Positions 12,249-21,850 of a stretch of DNA of 64,000 bases are shown here, one piece after another. The notes beneath the pieces were generated by a model, which was not told the DNA's origin, ran no database searches, and saw only the letters and a list, made by a program, of their open reading frames with translations. This DNA comes from Raillietiella orientalis (taxonomy: Eukaryota). The position numbers and the translations under genes are program-made. The DNA lies in assembly GCA_036172245.1 (NCBI GenBank), contig JAYWIR010000045.1, positions 1,302,001 to 1,366,000 on the forward strand. The letters are read 5' to 3'. The first letter of the stretch is position 1. Every line of letters begins with the position of its first letter.

Positions 12249-13668
12249 GAGGAACATTCACGCACACACTTCTTGAGAGCAATTACCCAGAGACGGAGAC
12301 ACAGATGTTCTCACGTGCCAGCACACATACACGATGTGTATTTCGTGCCGGAACCTTCGTTCCGCCCTCTCCAATGCAACCGTGGAAACCGAAAGTGTCG
12401 AGGTGGCGCGCGCCGAAATCGTCCAGAGGGAAAAGATCTATTCAAGGAAACGTCTCGGAAGCGGAAGAAGCAGGCGTCGGGTCTCAAGCCGAAGAGACGC
12501 TGCGAAGAACGGGTAGATTTTCACGGCGGCTGTGCCTCGTAAGGACGGAGGAGAGCTTGGGCTGACAGGGGGGGAGGGAAGGGGGGGTGTTCTTCGCTGG
12601 CACCACGTCAGTTCTCGTCTGGAAAGGCTGGTTGTGTGGATTTTCGCCGCCGTGCGCCTGATTTCTGGATTCGGCCGCCTTTCCGAAGAAACTCCTCACC
12701 GGAACAAGACCTCCCCCCCCCCCCCCAGTTCCTCATCATTTCGATCTCGGTCCCCCTTTCTCCTTCTCTTCATCGAGCGGGTTGGACCTCTTACGTCTCC
12801 ATTTCCATGCTTCGTCTTCGTCGGACCCCGCACAGCAATTAGCTAGGCTGGCTGCTCTCCAGAGGGTGTTCTTTGTGAGCGGCGGGATGGAGGCGCGTGG
12901 CCCCTCCCTCGCACCTCCGAAAAACAGCGCGGTGATCCTGAAACGCGGCGGTTTTCTCCGAAAGCGCGCCTCCTCCCTCCGGAGCGAGGCAGAGGTCGTC
13001 GCGATCCGAGCTTGTGGTGACTCGGTCCCTCCGGTCTTGTTTTTCCGCCGAGTTTATGCGCGCTCGAGGAAGATCGTAAAAAGTTCCGTTCTGGAAAAAC
13101 GCGCTCCTGGAATGCAGGAGAGCCAAAGGCCGAGATTGGCGCATTCCGACGACGATTCTTACGAAGACGGAAGGGATGGAGGGAGAGGTGATGCGGGAGC
13201 CGTTCGGTAATCTCGTATCCGAGCCCCAAACATCTACGGCCGACCAACGGCTCAAAATGGACCCCGGCTGAAGGCGCGCTTCCAAGGAAAAGGAGCAGAC
13301 AAAGGCCAGTTAGGACCGAAGAGAAGGGAGAAAAACGATCCGGGTATCTCTCCAGAGACTCTGACGATTCCTTCTGCATTTCCTTGCGGGCCGCGCCGGA
13401 GAGGGAGCCAAGATCGGGGCAGGACGATCTTCCGGCTCAGCCTACGTCACCTAGCAACCAGAGCACAGGCGTATCCCATGAGGGGCGAATCGAGGGATTT
13501 CCCAAAGAAGAAGCGGAGCTTTCAAGTCTTTGTTGCTGAGTTCGTTGTTTGCAAAATGATCCGTGGCTGGCGAAGCCGACACAAAAACACCCGGCGGCCT
13601 TGAACCAGGATGCACATCGCGAGCGCAGTACCGGCACGTGGCACCGGTTGGCCCGGTACTTCCGGAAA

Positions 13669-14125
13669 TCAACAGGCTTTTCGCACGGAAAAGATCTTCT
13701 CGCGTTCCGCATGATGGGAGGAGGGAATGCCCGCATCCTGAGGGCAGAGGAGGCGGGAAAGGACGAAAAGTTCCGGGATTGACCCGACTGATCCGGCAGG
13801 GAGAGCCCCCACCGCACGGCTCCTCACGTCGATGCAGAAGGCCTCCACCTTGTCCAGAAAGTCCAGCGTGAAGTGGGAGACGGTGGCGCCCCAGCACTGC
13901 TGGAAGGTGCAACGGGTGGCTGTGGGGGAGAGAAGCAAGAAAAAAGGAAACAAAAGGCAGGAAGAGGTGGCGCGCGCCTCCTTTGCTCGCATCCTCCTCG
14001 TCGAGGAGCGCGTGTTATGTCTCTGGGGACCAGCCTCTCCTGCTGCCGAGCTTACTGCCCGCCGTGAAGCTCGGGAATGCTCGGAGAGCGGGGTCAGGCA
14101 TCGCTGCGCCCACTTCCGGAGATGT
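13669..14125 (-). CDS. Candidate orphan multi-exon coding segment of unknown function
   Basis: Exon 13919-13828 (polypyrimidine+CAG acceptor, GTGAG donor; TRCTFQQCWGATVSHFTLDFLDKVEAFCID, 28/30 codons end in G/C); 90-bp intron; exon 13737-13669 ending TGA; optional phase-compatible upstream exon 14125-14056 (GTAAG donor). No family recognised. Confidence 0.45.
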
Positions 14126-17100
14126 CTAGTCGCAAACGGACGGGCGCGCGATGAAAGGGAATCCAATGAGAACGCTGCGCCCGCTCTTTGGAAACAGCTG
14201 CCCGCCCAGGATTTCGATCGAAGGTCGAGGAGAGGTTCACCGGGAATCGACAGAGAATAAACCGTACGGGACGGAGCGAGTCGGCCGCGTGTCCGAGCAG
14301 GCCGCGACTGTTAGTGCAGCCTCAGCAATGCCCAGCGGAACCGAGTTCTCCCGAAGCGTCCATCGGGTGCTGTCTGCGACCTTCCGGACTGCAGGGCGTC
14401 CCGACGATCGAGGTGACTGAGGCGACCCAGACGGTAGTGCGTGCCCTCGCTGCCCTGACTCCGGATCGCGTGGAGCTGGGGGTGAGGAAGGCTGACGGCT
14501 GTCGGGTAGCGCGATCTGGCCGCAGCGGCAGCACTGGCGTTCCGTATCGTTTCCGTCGAACCGGGGGGGGGGGGATGACCTCACTCGATCCCTCGGGCCA
14601 GGGGGAAGATCCGATAGGTAAGCGATGCGGCGACGCTCTAGTCTGCACGGGATCCCCTCTGCCGGATGCGTGCTCCAGGAGCAACAGCAGCAGCAGCAGC
14701 AGTTCGTGGAATCCCAAGCGATAAATATCTTCCGAGGATTATTGACCTTCGATACTCGAAGCTCTCCGAGCAGGTCTCCTCGTCCTTCGCATCACTCTCG
14801 TAATTACCTATAAATTATTGAGCTTCTGCCAAGGGAGGCGATCATTTTCACTGAGCAAACCCGTTTGCGCATAAAAATCTCCAAGCACAAAACTCTGTCA
14901 CGGGTTTTTTCATTTTTTTTTTTTTCTACATTTTATTTACAGCTTCTCCGTCTCCGCTTCCTCTCGCTGCTACTTTATTGGCCGCGTCTTCCCGAAAGAT
15001 CGTTCCCATGTTGTTTATCTCCGCCTGTGCAAAGCGAACCAGTGCGGACTTGGTTTTGCTGTTGTCGCTGCCGCTGCCGCCACTGCTGCTGCTGCTGCTG
15101 TTGATCTTTCCTTGGGAGGGAGAAGAGAAGAAGAAGAAAGAAAAAAAAAAAAAAGCGAAAAAGAAGGGGAAAAGCGAACCCTTTTTCCGGGGCGCTTGCG
15201 CCTTCTTCATGACGAACGTCCTGACCGCAGAGAACGTGGAGCTTCAGAGAACCTCGACCCCTGGAGTCGAGAGCTGCGGGTGATGCTGAGAAGATCCATC
15301 CGTGAACGGTGGGGTGGCATGGCTGCTCCATATACCGACACCGGAGCAAGATCGGATCCGGAGCGCACAGTATGAGGTTGGTTTGAGTTCTCGGAAAACC
15401 AGAGGGGATGCTCGCACGACGCCTTACCGAACTGTTTTCAGAGAAAGCGCACAACAGCAGATGAAATTTGGCGGGTTGCATTTCTATTAGCTCAGGCTGA
15501 TGCAAGAAACGCAATGCATCTCCAGATATTCCCGCTGCCGCGCTGCTTGAAAGTTCAGAGTGACCAAAGCTCGGAGCTGGAGGTCTTGCACGTATGTCCT
15601 GGAGCAAGTTTTCTCCTATCAACTTCCCCTTCCCCAGCTCCCTCCCCCTTGCACGTAGGGTCGCGGATTTCTTCAGCAACGCCTGTTCCCCATGCCTTCC
15701 CTGCTTCTTCATCCCAGGTCCCGCGACCCCGATTCGGTCTCCCCGAAAGGCAAGCAAGGAACGAGGGCTATTGGCTCGTTACTTCCGCCCGCACGCCTTC
15801 CTTCGACACGCCAACGGCGCGCTCCTTTGTGGTCGGTGTGGTCGGCGGAGGCAGATTTTCCTTCCTCCTTCCTTTCGCCAAGGCGCCTTCCGTTCCTGCA
15901 GGGCTTTCCTCGCGCGGCGAGCACCCTCCCTCCCACCCGCGGAAGGAGAGCGAACCGAACCTCCTCCCTTCAGGTCTCACCCCGTACCGCATTCCCGACG
16001 GCACATCGCGTTTGCCGTGCGGTGACGCACCTTCCCCCCGACGCCTTCGACCGGCGCCGACGGAGCCTTGCCGCCACGCTTGTGACCGCCGCATCGTGCC
16101 GCCGATGGACATGCCCGTGGCGCGCCTCGAACCCGCTTCCTCGTGACGCGCGCGCGGCGTTCTTTTACTCGCCACGCCACGGATGTCGCCCCACACATGC
16201 CGTGCGCCTCTCGTGCCGCGCCCTCTTCTGGAAGGGCCGCCGGCTAGTGCGGGCGATCGGCAATCAGATCGAAACACGCAATCAGGGAATCGCAAATCAG
16301 GGAATCAGGGATTCCCTCTCCCCTCTCGTCCTCCTACAGAATCTGCAAGTGGACACAGAAGCCATAACAAAGAACTTGGCAGCGGCTATACACTGGGAGA
16401 ATTCTCGGGACAGTTCGTGGATCTACAGTGAAGGTGCACTTGAGGGTGTCCTCCACAGACGAAGAGACGATTCCTTATCTGTATTGTGCGTTGTGACGCA
16501 CAATACAGATAAGGAATATCTGTATTGCGCATGGATACTTTGTAGAATCCTTGGGCGGAATTCCTCGTCTGAACAGCGCTCCACACTCACCTACGTGGCT
16601 TGTGCTTTTTTTTTTTTTTTTTTTTCATACTTACCTGGTTTGTGCTTCGTAGTGGCTTCGTAGAGAACCCAGTCCTTCAATGGACGCGGATGTGACTAAG
16701 GAGATGGAGTCAAGGAACTTCTTCCTTCTGAAGAAGAGACCTGCGAGACCTACTGAGTCGCTTTTCATAAAGCTCTGGGAGGTTCATTGGGTCCTCTCTT
16801 GACATTGTCGATAGAACGACTCCAAAACACATCTCCCAAAGGCATCAACCAAAGGATTTGCAGCATCTGGAGCCGTGATTTTAGTTTACGGATGAGGAGG
16901 CGGAAAGGAAAGGTACTTGCATGGGGCATACTTCTTGGCTGCAAGCAAAGAAAGGACAACGACTCTCCTGTCGTGAACCCCCAAAGGGAGTCGAAAACAG
17001 AACTATTGAGTTAGGTTTCCGTGTGTTGGCAGCAGCAGCAGCGAGACTTGCACGAGAGCAGCTCCTCATCTCCCGAGCAGCCGTGAACAGCCCAAGGGAG

Positions 17101-17860
17101 AGGAAGGTGGCGTGCGTAGCGTTGAATTCTCCGTCCAGCCATCCTCAGTCCATACTTGAGAGGGAGGAAAAAAGATATCCCGGATTCCCCAGAGTTGAGA
17201 TTCAGGAGGAATGGCAACTTTCGATCTCCGCGAGATCCCAGCAGGCCAAGTTCACTGCATCCGCCAGCGTGAACATTCCTGGAGCCTCTTAGGCGGTTCG
17301 CTTCGCGTCCCGAAGAACAAGTGGAGCCACTTCCAGTACATACGCACAAGTGCTTTGTTAAACGTGTCCTTGGCTTCTCTCAAGGTCCTGCGCTTCCTCC
17401 TGCATCCCTTCGCTCAAGTGGGAACTCGCCAGGGTGTCGAGCAGGCCAGTCCGCAGCTCGCTCCGGGATGATAAGGGCATGAAGGACAGATGCTACCCCC
17501 ATGTACAAGAATTCGACCTCTGGCCTGCCTCTGCCAGCGACAGGTTACGGGCCCTTCTTTCCCATTCTTTTTTCCTATCGGGTGAATCTGATTAGCCTCC
17601 GCTCTCTTCCCATTCTTATTTGTGGATGTGTCTTCAGTATCCTCATCATCCCTGTTGAGCTCTTGCCGGCTTGCCCTGAATTTTCCACTGAGAGTTGACT
17701 CCAGGGACAGACGGGTCTTAGCGTCCTTCTCCGGGATGGCATAAAACGGTGGCCATCCCCGGTTTTCGATGCGAGTCCCACCTCGATATTCCTCATTGGG
17801 AAGTGGAACAAAAACCTCCACTCCTAAGCATCTTTCGGGATGGATGGTCTTCCTGCCTCG

Positions 17861-18448
17861 TGGATGCCGCTTCCGTTGCCACTGTCTGCGACAAGGCCGT
17901 CTCCAGGGCTGCTTCCTTCCCTGACGCGGCATCCGCGATTTTCCCCACCTCCACGCCTCCGTTCGCCGGATGGCGGGAGCGCGAGAGCTTCCACGCGAAA
18001 GGAGAGCTCGTGGCGCTGCGGCGCACTCCTTACCCATCGACGAGAACAGGAATCCAGAGGAGGGTTTCCTTGGGAGTCAGGAACCCCTCCCCACTCCTCC
18101 CTCGTCCGCTTGACCCGGGGATCTCGGACTCGGCGCGGGAAACGCACACCCCGCCAGTGTTCAACGGGAGCGAACAGGGGGCGTGGAGGGAAGCGAAGCG
18201 AAGCAGGCTCTGGGCTGACTCACCCCACTTGCCCGACGGTAGGAGTCCGACGCCAGGTCACCGGTGACGTCATCGACTCGGAGTCCTGGGGGTGGGAAAA
18301 GGCGACGGGAGATGGTGGCCGAGCGGGAGCAGAAGCAGCGCAGCGCGCGGCGTCGCGGTGCGGAGGCGCACCTGCCGCTTCGATCCCTCTTCGTACGCTG
18401 GTCGTGGAGACCGAAGGTGAGAAAAGGTGGTCGGAAGATTTTCTTTTT
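17861..18448 (-). repeat. Right arm of 588-bp inverted repeat
   Basis: Reverse complement of 11661-12248. Confidence 0.97.
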
Positions 18449-18469
18449 ATGGGTGCGGGCACAGAGGTA

Positions 18470-20450
18470 GCCCGTGAGCAATGTCTTCGAACAGGCTACG
18501 CCTCGTGAAGGAACACAGGATGCCGTTCAGAGCACTTCAGCGTATGCAACATCAGCATGTCATGCAGTGCTGTCGAGCTGTCTACAGGAACTTCTTGTCA
18601 TGGTGAATGGGTATTCTCACAAAAGGCCCACCCATGGTATGTGGTATGTGGTATGTGGTTTGGTGTTTCTACGGCGATTGGAAAGAATATTGTCCGCGGC
18701 AGTGAACTTTGGAATTGTGAGGATTTGGGTTTTTGAGAAACCATCCATCGGGATTATGATGGCTCTTGAGTTTTGTGGTGAGCGATGGCAGTTTGTATGT
18801 AGTATCTGGACCAATGCAATACTCTCAATATTTCATCTCATGGGTGGCTGAGTAGCCTTATCCACAGGTATGATTGTTCTTCACGCTTGCTGGTGATCGA
18901 TCTGTTCCTGGACTCACGAAACGGAATTTTCAAGTTCGAGTTCATGGAGTGGCATGATCGGATCAGTTTTCGACCCTGAATCCAGATGCAGGGTGAGTGG
19001 CATCCCTCTTGGCTGGGCGCAGATGGTCTGACACTGCTGGATGGGGTCGTCTTCTCTGCATTTCGTCTGGCTGTATCAAAGCAAACAGAAACTCCGCGTT
19101 CCTTCAAGCAGGTTTTCTGTCCTGTGACCTCCCTTCTCGACAAGCGGCATCGGTAGAGAAGCATGTCCTGAAGCAAACGTTCGTCCCTAACTGTGAAGTT
19201 TGTAGCGAGCATCTCCACACATTTTCCTCGTAAGACTGGCCAGTCCTTGTCTCCCACATCAGCAAGTTTCAAAGTCCAACATGCAGACTGCTGACGGACT
19301 GATTCAGGCTGATGGTTCGTTTTATTGATGGTTCTTCCTGTTCGGAGAGAGGTTACCCGCTCGTCAAGGAAAAACCTTCGACGATGGTAGTGCATCTTCG
19401 ATCGTAGCTCCACGGAGAGGTGAAGCTTGAGACTTGCCGGAACCAGATGCGCCCTTGATTCGCTTCTGCATAAAGCATCTGTCCATGTCTTGGATGCCTC
19501 ACTTGTGAAGAACAGACAAGTCGAGGAATTCTTGCCTGCTCGGCTCCTGAAACCAATCTCATTCCTGGCATTTAATTCATCATTTGCCTTTTCCCGTCCC
19601 TGTTGCTTCTCCAGCAAAAATCAACTTCCTTAGAACTTCCTGATCCTTTTTTTATTCTCTGAATGAATCTTTTGCGGGAGTTTCCTTGGGAACGAACTTT
19701 CAGTCACGCGCCTCGTGCTACCTTTTAGAAGAGATTGAACTCCGCCATACCGACAGTTCTGTCATGCGAGTCCTCTGATTCTTCAGAAGATGCACTCTTC
19801 TCTCCTCTTACAGAAGCTTGGGCGCCAGTTCTTCTGGTCATCACACTCCGCCCTTTCTTTTGATTTCAGACACACCTCTGAGATAAGAGAAGGGGGCGGA
19901 AGGGTTATCAGAGAATCTTTCTCATTATGGAGAACTCGGAAAAAGCACTCGCGCAGCGTGCCCCTCCGAGCAAACTGGGCAACGACCCTTCGTGAGAGCA
20001 GTCTGCTCAAGAGACAAACGGAGGAACATCTCGGTAGAGAAGGCCTCCCGCAGGGGCAGGGATGATGCCCTCCGATGAGCCACCAAGGGTGCCTAACAGC
20101 GAGCGTCACATGCAAGACGCGCCCACGACAGAACTCCTGCTTAGTCCACTGATGAATCCCAACGGAATCAAAGACCAGATATGAGCTGCCCCCGCAAGTT
20201 TCCTGGAGGCCGCTCTTGAAATTACCTTCCAGTGAAGGAACAACCGACTCCCTTGAAATCTCAAAAAATGGAAATGGGATTAAGGCAGGTCGCGTGCATC
20301 GCAGTGTTACTCCTCTGCATGAAGGTGATCTTGTGGTTCTTTCCATCATGGGGGATTCCCCCCACCCCATAGCAAGCAGCAGAGACACATGAAACTTCGC
20401 GCGCCGCACCTCCTGCCATTCTGCTTTCCGACTGGTGGTTCCCGACACGG
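18470..20450 (-). mobile_element. Highly decayed Ty3/Gypsy pol relic (RT/RNase H-integrase)
   Basis: Collinear degenerate motifs: DWPVLRGKCVEMLATNFTVRDERLLQDMLLYRCRL (~GWP...RDELSVQDGLLLRGxRL), TGQKTCLKERGVSV (~HxGxxKxxxRARxSV), LHTNCHRSPQNSRAIIIPMDGFSKTQILTIPKFTAADNIL (~LHIDxAGPFxxxxxLIVVDAFSKWPEV...TTA), YPFTMTRSSCRQLDST (~GxPxxIxSDNGxQFxS). Catalytic residues are lost. Confidence 0.65.
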
Positions 20451-21249
20451 AGGAGAGGATAACCGAGGGACCCCGTTTTTCTCGTCATCTGGCAAGAATG
20501 ACAATGGAAGACTCATCCACCGTATCTGGTTTCGTGGGTCTCTCGTAAGAGCCAAGGACAAAGACTTCAGAGTCAGATGTCTCTGTACTCTGTCCTAGTG
20601 AAGAAATGATTATGCGAAGCGTGAATTTTTTTTTTTTTCCTACGAGTCCACGAAAGACATATCCATAGGTCCCAGGAAATTAGGTAGAAGGAGAAAAGGA
20701 AGGAAGGAAGGCTAGAAGGTAGGAAGAGGAAGCACTCCCTACGATTCCGGCTAGCTGGATTTAGGTTACTCCGCTTGGAATACGCTATTGCACGACCAGA
20801 GAGTGAAGCACTTGCATGAAGAACGAGAAGGATGCAGGATAGGTTCTTCCGATGCATCTTCCCATGGTGAGTAAACCTGCGCCCTGTTCTTCGTCCGCAC
20901 GTGGAGAAACTCCGTAAAAAGCAAAAGCTGTCTATAGCGTTTCTTAGGAGCAATTGGACCAAAATGTGGTTTTATAAGAAAGGCCATCGATAGGGAATTT
21001 CGGACCAATTCTCAATGCCTCCGGAAGCCTCGTTGGCATTTAAGTGTGTGGACTTTCTAGGTCGCATTTTCGTTGCTAAGGACGGCGAAGAGTGCGCCGT
21101 TCTACTTGGGCTGCAGCATGTTGGGGGACAGGGGGGAGGGGGGACCATGTGCTTGGTGGGATGTCTGCCGCCGTGCCTCGTGTCCTGTGGCCGATCAACC
21201 CAGTCCTCGAGGGACAGAGTTTTAGCGAGGGAGCTGTAGATCCATTCCC

Positions 21250-21850
21250 TCCTCCTGGAAGAAAGCCGGAACTGGCGTGGGAGATGCGATGCCTCAAGGC
21301 AAGTGGGAGCACGCTGTCCTTTAGAGGCCGACGCGTTCCACCGGCTCGGAATGACTCCTCAGTCTCAAGGATGTCCGCACGGCCTCTCGGACCAACCAGT
21401 GCTCAGACACCCACTGTGCAGTCGCTGCGGAGAAAAAGGGAAACTACTTTCGCGCGGACTATTAGAACGCTCGGGAATGCGAAGCGGCTGGGAAGAGCCA
21501 GCCCTTCCTCGTCGACAGCCCGACGGGCATCATCCACCGGTTTTATACAGAGCTACGGACTTCCCACTGCGAAGGTGGAAGGGGTCCTCTTCTTCCTCTG
21601 CCGTGATGGCCCTTTCGGGAACACCACTGGAACTTCGGCACTGTCTCCAGTCAGCCTGGAAAACCACCCTCTACCTTTCGCAGATAGCCCTCGGCCAGCC
21701 AGCGTTAGACCAAGGGACCAGGAACGACGTTGCGGGCATCCATGCTCCATCGCCTAGGATCGAGTCCGACCCTCCCGTCACTTGTCCCTCCCTCCAGAGT
21801 TCAGCGTCCCTTCCACGGGCTCGGACGACACCACTGCCGCCAGTAGCAGA
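21250..21850 (+). mobile_element. Possible decayed Gypsy RNase H fragment
   Basis: GWEEPALPRRQPDGHHPPVLYRA (~GLGAVLxQxxPDGxExPIxYASR) and IQSYGLPTAKVEGVLFFL...VSLENHPLPF (~ExNY...EKExLAVVF...TDHxPL), spread across frameshifts. Confidence 0.35.

Larger units (their letters stand above)
11654..18455. mobile_element. Putative non-autonomous long-TIR DNA element (6.8 kb), CAC...GTG termini
   Basis: Bounded by 588-bp inverted arms extended by CACCC/GGGTG ends; the flanks rejoin into one Gypsy integrase relic; possible 2-bp TSD CA/CG; no transposase ORF inside. Confidence 0.55.

Noticed and set aside
13828..13919. Resemblance of the orphan exon to CHH/ITP or eclosion hormone
   Set aside because: Those families need six Cys with fixed spacing and a signal peptide; only 3-4 Cys are present and the spacing does not match.
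15692..16663. 323-aa ORF in the inverted-repeat spacer as a transposase
   Set aside because: No DDE, zinc-finger or HTH motifs; reads through low-complexity and poly-T sequence.
17861..18448. 588-bp repeat as the LTR of the adjacent Gypsy relic
   Set aside because: Copies are inverted, not direct, lack TG...CA ends, and are >99% identical while the pol relic is extremely decayed.
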